Shown here: positions 53,061-63,475 of the stretch, one piece after another
How positions within the stretch are numbered: position 1 is the first letter of the stretch
How the letters are laid out: each line of letters begins with the position of its first letter
Assembly (NCBI GenBank): GCA_963765765.1
Contig: CAVXYC010000017.1
Location: forward strand, 71,125-135,124
Direction of reading: 5' to 3'
Source of the DNA: an uncultured Chloroflexia bacterium
Lineage (GTDB): Bacteria > Chloroflexota > UBA6077 > JACCZL01
Length of the DNA stretch: 64,000 bases
Made by a program: the position numbers and the translations under genes
Notes under the pieces: model-generated
The model's database searches: none
Told to the model about the DNA's origin: nothing
The model's input: the letters and a program-made list of their open reading frames with translations, nothing else

Positions 53061-54065
53061 CTACTGGATGAGCTCGGTAGCCTGGGCCAGGACCGACTGT
53101 GGCAGTGTGCGCCCCAGCGCCTGAGCGGTCTTGAGATTGATCGTAAAGTCGTACTTCACGGGTCGCTCGATGGGCAGGTCGCCTGGATTGGCGCCTTTGA
53201 GGATCTTGTCCACAAAGGTCGCCGCGCGCCGGAAGTTGTCCGTGATACTGGCTGCATAGATCATCAGCCCCCCGGCGTTAATGAATTGGCTGCTCGAGTA
53301 CATCGTGGGGAGCCGGTGTTGCGCCGCGAGCTCCACGATCCGCGGGGCCACGACAACAAACGCGACGTTCGCCGTGACAATCACGCCGTCGGCCCCGGCG
53401 GTGATTGCATCGGCCACAACAGTGTCGATATCGTCCGGGCTATGGAGCTGCAGGGGCACAAGCTGGACGCTCAAACTGCGCGCGGCAGTCTCCAGCTCAC
53501 TGGAGATACCCACGGCATTCTGATTCCACAGGACGGCTACACGGGACATGCCCGGAAGGCCTCGAGTAGCTCCAGACGCTCCCCCTGCTCCTCCCCGGCG
53601 GACAAAGTCAAGCCTGTGATGTTACCGCCCGGCCGAGCCAGGCTCGCCACCACACCCTCCGCCACCGGATCCCCGCCCGTGGCAGCAAAGACAGTCGGAA
53701 TCGTCGTTGTACGCTTGCTGGGCTGCGCGGATCGCCACGGGCTTTCCGCGTACGATCACGTCGAGCTCGAGCCGGACCAGGTCGGCCGCCAGCTCCGGAA
53801 GGCGCTCCTCCCTGCCATCGGCGTAGCGCTGCTCGATGGCCAACATGCTCGCCATCGATGTACCCGAGCTCACGCAGGCCCTGCGGAACGCCGCGAATTC
53901 CCGGTCGCGCTGCCGAGTGCCAGGAAGCCAATCTGGGGAATCCGCGGCGGGTTGCGCTCATGTGCGGCCGGAAGCGGACACCGCAGCCGGCCAGATGCCG
54001 CTCTGGCCATGGCCAGCCCGCCGCGCAGGAAATCGCGCCGCTGTAGAGGTTGGTAACCAGGTCAC
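53061..54065 (-). CDS. ABC_sub_bind Tat lipoprotein, paralog 2 (multiple frameshifts)
   Basis: QRRDFLRGG N-terminus by manual translation; FVDKILKGANPGDLPIERP...QATELIQ C-terminus. Confidence 0.8.
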
Positions 54066-55169
54066 TGGATGACCTCCGTCGCCTGGGCCAGGACGGTTGA
54101 CGGAATCGTCAAGCCCAAGGCCTGGGCCGTCTTGAGATTGATCGCAAAGTCAAACATGACTTGGCTGCTCCACGGGCAGATCAGCCGGATTTACGCCGCG
54201 GAGAATCTTGTCTACGTAGATCGTCGAGCGCCGGAATAGGTCGGCTCGATTCGGTCCATATCCCATCAGCGCACCGTGGGCGGTGGCGTCGGCTATCTGC
54301 CACATGGAGGGCAAGCCAAACTGGTTCGCCAGCTCGATGATCCGCGCCTGAGAGCTCCCAGTGCCAAATAATGGCCCACTCAGGACGTACAGCGCACCCG
54401 CCCGCTCCTGGACGGCGGATTCCATGACAGCATCAAGGTCACCGAGGCCGCTCACAGCCAGGAAATGCAGCTCCAGACCCAGGTTGGCGGCCGCCGTCTC
54501 ATAGGGCTGGCGGCCATCCAGGATCCCGATAGTGGCATCAAACAGGAGACTGACGCGTCGGAGTCCCGGCACGGTCTCCTGGATGAGCTGAAGCGGCTTG
54601 CCCGCAAGGAGGGTGAGTACTGAGACCGGTCACATTGGTGCCGGGGGCGGGCGAGGGTCTCCGCGAGCCCGCTGGTCACCAGATCGCCCTGGCCGATGCT
54701 CACGATGGGAATCGTGGTGGTGATGGAGCGGACCGCACGGGCAACCGTAGCGGCCGGAACCACGATCACCTCGGGCTGGAAGCGCTCGATGATGGCCGTA
54801 AACTCGTGGACCTGCTCGTCGCCACTGGCGTACGCCTGTTCGATGACCAGGTTCTGTCCCTCCGCGTAGCCGCGATCGCGCATGGCTTCGCGGAATGACA
54901 TCCATGAATACCGAGGTTGCCGGGTCCGAGGGCACCGGATTCGAAAGATAGGCAAGCCGCCGCTGCTGCATGGGCCGCGACGACGAGAGTCGCTCGAAGC
55001 CACAAGCTGAGAGCAGACTTAACCCAGTGACGGCCAGGCTTCCGCGCAGAAATCTGCGGCGAGCAAGGTGCCTCACGGGATCTTCTCCGTTGCCTGCGCG
55101 ATGACCACCCACCACTGGGGTCGGGAGTGCCAGTGGTGGCGCCAGCAAGATCCGCTCAGGACGCTTCAC
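54062..55169 (-). CDS. ABC_sub_bind Tat lipoprotein, paralog 3 (frameshifts)
   Basis: RRRFLRG...LLSAC; YVDKILRGVNPADLPVEQP; ends QATEVIQ. Confidence 0.8.
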
Positions 55170-56139
55170 TGAATCACTTCCGTAGCCTGAGCGAGCACGC
55201 TGGGTGGGACGGTGATACCCAGGGATTGTGCGGTCGTGAGGTTCACCAGGAAGTCAAACTGCGTTGGCTGCTCGATGGGCATCTCCGCGGGGTTGCTGCC
55301 CTTCAGGATGCGGTCCACGTACGACGCCGCGCGACGATGAAGCTCAGCGCGGTTGGCGCCGTAGGCCACGAGGCCGCCGCGAGCCACCGCCTCGGTCTGG
55401 AACCATGCTGTTGGCAGCCGATGACGAATCGCCAGCTCAGCGATCCGGTCCTGGTTCGCAGCAAATATGGCGCCGCCTACGATGTAGAGTGCCTGCGCAT
55501 GCTCACCTAGAGCGGTCTCCATGGCGGCGGGGAGATCCTCGGCCGTCGCGACGCCGACAAAGTGAATATCGAGGCCCAGATTCCGTGCGGCGGTCTGATA
55601 CGGATCACGTTCTTGACCCGGTGTGACTGTCGAACACCACGGCAACGCGCGTCAGATTCGAAACGACTCTGCTGGAGCAGCTCGAGCTGGCGGCCGATGA
55701 GATTCGGGGTGCTCAGCCCGGTTACATTGCCGCCCGGCCGAGCGAGGCTCGCCGCAAGTCCGCTGGTTACGAGATCCCCGGCGCCGCCACAGACGATAGG
55801 AATCGACGTGGTGGCCGCGCGGACGATCCGCGCATCAACGACCGAGGGGACGAAGATCGCTTCTACCTGGAGCCGCACCACTTCTGCCGACGCTTCGGCA
55901 AGACGCTGCGCGCCATCAGCGTAGCGCTCCTCGATGATCAGGTTGTGACCTTCCATATTTCCCAGGTCATTCAAGCCCTGCCGAAACGCCACGGTGAGCG
56001 CGTCGGTAGTGGGATTGCGGAGCGTTCCCGAGAGTCGGGCAATACGGTGTGTCGGAACTGATTGAGTCACCGGGAACGAGCAGCCCGCGGCGCCAGCAAG
56101 TCCGACGCCGAGAAGTCCCAGGAGCCGCCGACGATTCAC
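55166..56139 (-). CDS. ABC_sub_bind Tat lipoprotein, paralog 4 (frameshift)
   Basis: MNRRRLL...AAGC; [11 protein letters not shown]; [19 protein letters not shown]. Confidence 0.82.
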
Positions 56140-57126
56140 TGAATGAGCTCGGTCGCTTGAGCCGCGACGCTGGGTGGAATTGTGACTCCCAGCGCCTGGG
56201 CGGTCTTGAGATTGATGATCAGATCGTAGAGAGACGGCTGCTCAATGGGTAGATCGCCTGGCCGGGCACCTTTGAGGATCTTGTCCACGGAGGTGGCCGC
56301 GCGGCGGAAGAGATCGGCGCGATTGGCGCCATAGCCCAGCAGTCCGCCGCGTCGAACTGGCTCCGCACGCGTCCATCCAGACGGCAATCGGTGCTGCAGG
56401 GCAAGATCCGGGATTTGCCCCTCGGCGGCTTGCTGGATGAACGGCCCGCCTGACAGGACAATGCCATCCGCGCCGACGAGCATCGGGGAAGAGAATGCGC
56501 GTTCCAGATCGTCGGGCGTGCCCACGCCGACGATCTGAATCTCAAGGCCCAGGCTGCGTGCGGCGGCCTCGTATTGAGCGTGAAGATCGCCGATGAGCGC
56601 CGTGTCCACGAGCGCCGTGACCCGACTGAGGTTGGGTATCGCCTCCTGGAGGAGTTGCAGGAGCTTGCCGTGGAGTGATGGTGTGCTCATCCCCGTGACG
56701 TTGCTGTTCGGCCGGCCGAGGTTGTCCACAAGCCCCTTCTCACGCAGGTCCTCCTGGCCCACGCTGACGATCGGAATCGTTGGAGTGGCGGCATGCACGG
56801 CGCGAGCAACGGTGGCCGACGGCACCACGATCACTTCGGGCAGCAGGCGCGTGATCTCAGTGGCGAACTCCGCCACCTGGCTCTCGCCATTGGCGTATCG
56901 CTCCTCGAGCACGAGGTCACGACCGATCGTATAGCCACGGTCGGTGAGCGCCTGGCGGAAGACGCCCACCGAGCTTGCAGCTCCAGCGGCGTCGCCGCCG
57001 GAGAAGATACGCAACGCGGCGAACGGGAGGGGCCGGAGCGAAAGGCGAGGCGCAGCCCGAGAGGAGCGCCATGCCAGCCAGGGTCAGGCTCCTCTTCAGG
57101 AGCGCTCGACGGCGTTCGAGGTACAT
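56136..57126 (-). CDS. ABC_sub_bind Tat lipoprotein, paralog 5 (one frameshift)
   Basis: RRRALLK...LLSGC; VDKILKGARPGDLPIEQP...QATELIQ. Confidence 0.85.
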
Positions 57127-57215
57127 TCTCCCGAAAGCCCTACGCTTTCCGTCCTACGATCACCACCGGTTCCTGAGAGGTGGGTGGGTATTTTGAGAGT
57201 ATGTCGTGGTCACAT

Positions 57216-57242
57216 GGGCCGATAATGTGGGGCTATCGGAAT
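57216..57242. other. dif-like palindromic site 2
   Basis: GGGCCGATAA-TGTGGGG-CTATCGGAAT. Confidence 0.45.
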
Positions 57243-57304
57243 GAAGGCTAAAGTGAACCTGCTTCCAATCCGTCGGCACTAAAGCGCAAGCCGTAGCAGC
57301 TGCG

Positions 57305-58324
57305 CTATCGGATGATCTCGGTCGCCTGGGCCAGGACCGAAGGGGGGATTGTCAGGCCGAGGGCCTGCGCCGTTCCGAGGTTGATCACGAGCTCGAATGT
57401 CGTCGGGTAGCTCGACTGGCATCTGGGCGGGGTCGGCGCCCTTGAGGATCCGGTCGACGTAGCCGGCCGAGCGGCGGTATAGCGCAAGCCGATCCACGCC
57501 ATAGGCGAGCAGCCCGCCGGCCGCCGCCATGGGGCGGTTGGCCGAGCTCATCGGCAGCCGGTGTCGCCGGGCCAGCTCGCTCACCCGGGGCGCGCTGCTG
57601 CTCGGCACGGGGTTATCGAGCAGGTAGAGCCCGTCCACCCGTTCCGCCGCGGCGCGCTCGAACGCCGCCCCGAGCGCGTCGGCGTCGCGCGCCTCCAGCG
57701 AGCGCAGCTCCAGCCCGAGGGCGCTGGCCACCGCCCTCGACCACCTGGAATTCGTCGGCCCGGTCGGGCATGCCAGGATTCCAGAGCACGCCGACGCGCG
57801 CGAGGCCCGGGACGGCCGCCTTGAAGAGCTCCAGCCGCTTCTGGATCAGCTCCCCCGAGCTGCTGGTCAGACCCAGTGACATTGCCGCCGGGGCGGGCCA
57901 GGCTGGCGACGAAGCCGTCCTGGAACGGGTCTGGCGCTCATGGCCATCACGATCGGGATGGTGTCGGTGGCGTCTTTCAGGACCCGGGTTGCGGTCGGTC
58001 CCATCCGCGACAAGGACGTCGACCGGGAGGCGGACCAGCTCGGCAGCGAGCTCGGGCAGCCGGTCGATCCGCCCCTCGGAGTCGCGCCACTCGACCGCGA
58101 TATTCCGCCCCTCGGCGTAGCCGTGGTCCGCCAGGCCCTGACGGAAGGCCGTCGGCCCGCTCCTGCCCGCCGCCGCTCGCCCAGATATCCGACGCGAGGG
58201 AGCTGGTCGACTGACGCGGCGGACCGATCGGTAGGGCCGTGCAACCCGATAGGAGCCCCAGACCCGCCAGGATCATGCCATCCCGCAGGAATGCGCGACG
58301 CTGTAGAGGGCGGAACGAGGTCAC
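57305..58324 (-). CDS. ABC_sub_bind Tat lipoprotein, paralog 6 (multiple frameshifts)
   Basis: QRRAFLR...LLSGC; [12 protein letters not shown]; [11 protein letters not shown]; ends QATEIIR. Confidence 0.8.
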
Positions 58325-59336
58325 TGGATCAGCTCGGTCGCCTCGGCAAGGACCGACTGAGGAATCGTCAGACCCAGCGCCTGTGCGGTCTTGAGATTGA
58401 TCACCAGGTCGAATTTCTCCGGCCGCTCCACCGGTAGCTCCGCTGGATTGGCGCCCTTCAGGATCTTGTCCACATAGGTGGCGGCGCGCCGCTCCTGGGC
58501 GGCACGATTTGCCCCGTAGGCGATCAGTCCGCCGGCTGCCACATATCGCCGATCGGCCGACATCATTGGCAACCGGTGCGTGAGCGCCAGCGCGCCGACA
58601 CGCGCCACATTGCTCGTCAGCACGATATTGTCCAGCAGGGTCAGCGCATCCACCCGCTCACGCACCGCTCGCTCGAACGCGCCCTCGAGGGCGGCGGGCT
58701 CACGCACCTCCAGCGGCACCAGCTGTCAGCCCAAGGGGGCCGGCCGCGGCCTCCGCTATCTGCAACTCGCCGGCCTGGTCGGAGAGCAGGGTCAGGGTTC
58801 CAGATAACGCCTACGCGTGACACGGACGGGAGTGCCTGCCTCAGGATTTCCAGCCGCTTCCCGATCAGCTCGCGGGAGATGCTGGTCTGCCCGGTGACGT
58901 TGCCTCCTGGCCGTGCAAGACTGGCCACAAAGCCGTCCGCCACCGGGTCGCCCGTCCGTGCCATCACAATCGGGATGGTGCTGGTGGCACGCATTGCGGC
59001 CTGGATAGGAAGGGCCCCGGAGGCCACGATCACGTCGACGGGCATGCTTACGAGCTCGGCGGCCAGCTCAGGGAGGCGATCGACCTGCCCATCGGCGGGT
59101 CGCCACTCCACGGTGACCGTGCTGCCCTCAACGTACCCCAGCTCTGCCAGGCCCTCCCGAAAGGCGTCGGCCCATTCCTGTGCGCCGGTCCACAGGTAGC
59201 CGATACGCGGTGTCCGAACCGCCGGCTGAGACCGTGGCGATATCAGCCCGCAGCCGGCCAGCAGACCGAGGCCGGCCACGGACAGGCCACCCCTCAGGAA
59301 GCGGCGACGGGGGCAGGATGGCCCGAGTGGCGTCAT
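58321..59336 (-). CDS. ABC_sub_bind Tat lipoprotein, paralog 7 (frameshifts near 58730-58790)
   Basis: RRRFLRGG...LLAGC; [11 protein letters not shown]; YVDKILKGANPAELPVERP. Confidence 0.85.
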
Positions 59337-59438
59337 GATGGGGCTAGTGTACGCCCGCGGGACTGACGGCGCTATGGCGCGCTCCGTGCCCGCGCGGTTA
59401 CCGGAGCGCAGGCAATTCGACGATAGGTGATGTCTCGA

Positions 59439-59590
59439 GTGCTGGACGTGGCTACGCGCGACGAAGACGGGGCCGGGGTGCATCCCCTGTAGAGCTTGGC
59501 GGCTTTTGGGCCAGCGGTACAGCGCGGCGAAAGAGCGTCGTCTGGCGGGTGTGAGGTCGCGGCGACTCGTGTCGCGGGGGTTGAGCTAGC
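59439..59590 (+). repeat. Second, internally deleted copy of the 3' end of the 51110-51760 phage-like gene
   Basis: gtgctggacgtggctacgcgcgacgaagac...cgtcgtctggcgggtgtgaggtc aligns with 51535-51735. Confidence 0.8.
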
Positions 59591-59633
59591 GGCCGCGTAG
59601 GGATTAGCGGAACGAGTTTGCCTTACTTCTGGT

Positions 59634-60651
59634 TTACTCAATGAGCTCGGTTGCTTGCAGGAGGAGGTCCTGCGGGATCTTCAGCCCGAGGGCCTGCGCT
59701 GTCCCGACGTTAATCACGAAGTCGACGTCCGTCGGCCGCTCCATCGGCAGATCGCCGGGGCGGGCACCTCGCAGGATTTTGTCCACGTACGGTGCTGCAC
59801 TCCGGTAGATCTCGGCTCGACCGAAGCCATAGGCCAGCAAGCCTCCCGCCCGAGCGAACTCCGGATATTCCGCGACCGACGGCAGCCGATACTGGAGCGC
59901 TAACTCGGCGACGCGGTCCCACGCAGTGTCGAACTGGGTGCTGGAGAGAATCTTGAGGGCATCAGCGCCGGCTGTGGACATGGCCGCGAACGCATCGTCG
60001 AGGCCGCTGATGTTCGGCATGGCGACGACGTGAAGGTGTACCCCGAGGCCGGGCGCGGCCTCCTGGAGCGCCCGCACGCGGCGGGCGCTCGCCTCTGAGC
60101 TGCCTATGCGGAGCACGGCTACACGGGAGGCGTGCGGGACCGCTTCCTTCAAGAGTTGCAGCTGCTTGCCTTCCAGTTGCCACCCGCTTATGCCGGCCGT
60201 CCCGGTGATGTTCCCGCCGGGCCGCGCGATGTTGTCGACGAGCCCGCTCTCGATTGCCTCGCTGCTGACCAGGATCGCCACGAGCGGGACGGTGGCGGTC
60301 GCCTGCTTGGCGGCGATGCTGGCCGTCGACGTCCCCGCTACAATCAGCTCGACCTTCCGCTCGACGAGCTCGGTCGCGTTGGCCCGTTGCCGTTGGGGGT
60401 CTCCCTCGGCCCAGCGGGACTCCACGGCGAGGTTGCGGCCCTCGACCCAGCCCAGCTCCCGCAGCCCATCCCAGAACGCGTCCCAGCGCCCGCCGGGCGT
60501 GTCGCCGAGGACCCCGATCAGGCGCACCCGCTCGGAGGTTGGGGCCTGGGGAGGGAGCAGCCCGCAGCCGGCCAGCAGACCGAGGCCGGCCACGGACAGG
60601 CCACCCCTCAGGAAGCGGCGACGGGTGCGGGACGGACCCGGTTGGCGTCAT
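59634..60651 (-). CDS. ABC_sub_bind Tat lipoprotein, paralog 8 (one frameshift in the signal region)
   Basis: RRRFLRGG...LLAGC; NIARPGGNITG; YVDKILRGARPGDLPMERP. Confidence 0.88.
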
Positions 60652-60742
60652 GATGGCGCTAGTGTACGCCCACGAGACCAAGGGCGTCATGGAACGCTCC
60701 GCCGCCGCATGGCTACCAAGACGCAGGCAATTCGGCGTTAGT

Positions 60743-60810
60743 TACTCGACTGCTAAATCCCGTCGTGTGGCGGGTGTACGGTCACGGGGACTAATGCCGC
60801 GTGGCTTGAG
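60743..60810 (+). repeat. Third copy of the phage-like gene 3' end
   Basis: gctaaatcccgtcgtgtggcgggtgtacggtc (AKSRRVAGVRSR) versus AKSRRLAGVRSR at about 51700. Confidence 0.75.
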
Positions 60811-60919
60811 CCGGACGGCGAGGGAGGTCGGTATGTCGGTTCCGGAGCCTGATCCAGGGCGGGGCTACGTGTCCGCGCCACGCCGGTCAAAATCCGGAGT
60901 GGCAACCCGACTGCACGGG

Positions 60920-61023
60920 CGAGCCGACGCTGACGTCGATACGGACGCGGCGGCCGAGACGGAGGGCTCACTAGACGATCGCCGCCGTCGTCGCGGCTGA
61001 GGGAAAAACCGACGACGAGGACG
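60920..61023 (+). pseudogene. Diverged copy of the 3' end of the TPR gene
   Basis: ETEGSLDD-AVVAAEGKTDDED versus DTEVSLDDPSVVAAEGK-DDDDED at 50775-50850. Confidence 0.75.
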
Positions 61024-61060
61024 GTTTCAAGCGTCGAGGCTGATTACTGCTTCTGAAACC

Positions 61061-61101
61061 AAAGCGCGCGGTTCGGGAACCCGAGGCGCGCGCTTCTTTT
61101 T
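61061..61101. terminator. Bidirectional terminator-like hairpin downstream of tRNA-Gly
   Basis: aaagcgcgcg...cgcgcgctt followed by cttttt. Confidence 0.65.
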
Positions 61102-61128
61102 GCTCTGATGTGAAATGAGGCTAGGACG

Positions 61129-61202
61129 TGGAGCGGGAGAAGGGAATCGAACCCTCACGTCTAGCTTGGGAAGCTAGCAGGCTACCACTACATCACTCCC
61201 GC
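61129..61202 (-). tRNA. tRNA-Gly(CCC)
   Basis: GCGGGAGTGATGTAGTGGTAGC...CTAGC-TTCCCAA-GCTAG...GGTTCGATTCCC...CCCGCTCCA. Confidence 0.95.
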
Positions 61203-61356
61203 GTGGCAGAGATCATTATATGGGATAGCAGGTCTGTGACCCGACTCGATTCGGGGCGACATTTTTGCTCTTGTCGAGCCCGATCGATAGACTGGCAAGT
61301 GCTGCGCCATCGAGTCGGCTTCTACGCCAACTCACTTAGATCGCTGGAGAACTACT

Positions 61357-62564
61357 GTGTCTCGCCTCACGCGATGCTTTCAGTTAAGCATCGTATCGGT
61401 CCTGTTCATACTCTCGGGCTGCGATGCGGTGCGACTGCCCGGCGCGGCCGCTCCTACGCCAACCCTCGTGCCCACCGCCGTTGTCCCGACGGCTACGCCC
61501 GCCCCTACGCTTGCGCCAGCAACCAGTGTCCCGACCATTGTTCCTCGGACGGGCGCTCCCGGACTCGAAGCGGTCGTAGACGTGTACAAGCGAGTGTCTC
61601 CGGGCGTGGTCCTGGTAACCAGTAGCGTGGTGCGCCCGGACTTTTTTCAACAGGCAACGCCGCCGCAGCAGGGAACTGGATCTGGGTTCATTCTTGATAC
61701 GCAGGGACACATCGTGACGAATAATCACGTTGTTGAAGACGCTAATCGGCTGGAGGTGGCATTGCCGGACAATTCCGTCGTGCCCGCTCGGCTCATTGGC
61801 CGTGATCCATGGTTCGACCTTGCCGTTATCCAGGTCGACGTTTCGGCGGAGCGTCTGCATCAGCTCACACTTGCGGATTCTGACGCGGTGGAGATCGGCG
61901 AGCTTGCAATAGCAATCGGCAACCCGTTTGGTCTCGAGCGTACCGTCACGAGCGGCATCGTGAGCGCCCGTCGCGCCACCGTTGACTCACCGGGTGGCTC
62001 AGGCGTATTGGTCGATGCGATTCAGACTGACGCGGCGATCAACCCCGGTAACTCAGGCGGTCCGCTGCTCAATGCTCGTGGCGAGGTCACTGGGGTGAAC
62101 ACGTTGGCTCGACTCGGGCCAACCGGGGGCAGGCTGGAATTAACTTCGCCATTCCCATCAACGCGGTAAAGCGCATCGCTCCGGAGCTCATTGCCAGCGG
62201 GACTTACAAGCATCCCTTCCTCGGTGTGGGCGCCGTGGCAATCACCGAGGCAATTGCCGACGAGTTCAAGCTTCCAGTGCGAGAGGGGCTCATTGTTCAG
62301 TCCGTCACGCCTAGCAGTGGCGCCGCCACTGCTGGCATTCGCCCGTCGTCCCAGCCACAACAAGTGCGGAGTCGGGAAGTCGGAATCGGTGGTGACATCA
62401 TCGTGTCAATCGACGGCCAGCCGATGCGACGCTCGCCTGATCTCCTGGTATATCTGGAGCGAAACCGCCGTCCCGGCGACATGGTCACCGTCACGGTCAG
62501 CCGTGAGGGACAGACCCGGGATCTGACTGTCCGCGTCGGTGAACGGCCACTCCCGCAGCGCTAA
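61357..62564 (+). CDS. HtrA/DegP-like serine protease with PDZ domain (frameshift near 62130)
   Basis: Lipobox LSGC, GSGFI, TNNHV, DLAV, QTDAAINPGNSGGPL; PDZ GDIIVSIDG in a second frame. Confidence 0.92.
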
Positions 62565-62678
62565 GAGCACGGGCCAGCCGCGGCGCTTCACCCTTTCGCT
62601 ACTTGCGCCACGGGGCGCATACTAGGTCCGGGCCAACGTGTGCCTCGCGGAGCATTCCGCGCTGACGAGGGAGGATTG

Positions 62679-63446
62679 ATGATGGCCGAGAGCCGGGAAG
62701 CGCTCGTTGAAAAGCTGGCATTAGCAAATAAGGTGCTTGGAACGCTCGACATTACGCACGAGGCGCTCGGGCACGTGAGCTGTCGTCTCGAAGGCACTGA
62801 GAGCATGCTCATCAAGGGTAAGGGACCAGGCGAGGTCGGCCTACGCTATACCGAGCCGAGCGACATTCTTGAAGTCGATTACAAGGCCGACAAGCTTCAG
62901 GGCGCTGATGATCTCCAGCCCCCGAGCGAAAGCTTCATCCACATCTGGATGTACAAATCGCGATCCGATGTGAACGCGGTTGTCCACATGCACCCGGAGG
63001 AAGCGGTCATCCTGACCGTTTGTGAAAAGCCCATCATTCCGATCTATGGAGCATTCGGCGGTGGAGCGAAGCTAGCTATTCAGGGAGTGCCGCTGTACCC
63101 CAAGAGCCTGACAGTGAACAACGACGAGCTCGGCGAGGAGCTTGCCCAGACGATCGGTCAGTGCAACGTGTGCTTGATGCGCGGACACGGAATCACCGCG
63201 GTTGGGAATAGCATCGAGCAAGCTACTCTGAACTGCATTTATCTTGTGGAGCTCACACGCATGCTGTACAAGGCGTATCTCATTGGCGATCCGAAGCCGA
63301 TCTCGGATGCGGATATCGAGGAAAGCGCGGCGCGGCTGAACCAGAGCGGACGGACGCGCGGCAGCGCTGGCGGTGTCACTGGCATGATGGCCACCTGGAA
63401 CTATTACGTCCGACTCGCTTCAGAGAAGTCGAACGGGCGGTTTTAG
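62679..63446 (+). CDS. Class II aldolase/adducin family protein
   Basis: GHVSCR, PPSESFIH, VVHMHP and LMRGHG metal-binding motifs. Confidence 0.9.
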   Translation: MMAESREALVEKLALANKVLGTLDITHEALGHVSCRLEGTESMLIKGKGPGEVGLRYTEPSDILEVDYKADKLQGADDLQPPSESFIHIWMYKSRSDVNAVVHMHPEEAVILTVCEKPIIPIYGAFGGGAKLAIQGVPLYPKSLTVNNDELGEELAQTIGQCNVCLMRGHGITAVGNSIEQATLNCIYLVELTRMLYKAYLIGDPKPISDADIEESAARLNQSGRTRGSAGGVTGMMATWNYYVRLASEKSNGRF

Positions 63447-63475
63447 CTCGAGGACTTCAGGGGTTCGACACACCC

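Larger units (their letters stand above)
50975..61177. mobile_element. Genomic island / decayed prophage integrated at tRNA-Gly(CCC), no integrase visible
   Basis: Flanking 49-bp direct repeat from the tRNA 3' end; phage-like remnants; paralog array. Confidence 0.85.

Noticed and set aside
52995-60741. Recurring antisense ORFs opposite the SBP paralogs
   Set aside because: Best explained as shadow frames of conserved GC-rich coding sequence; no independent motifs were seen.
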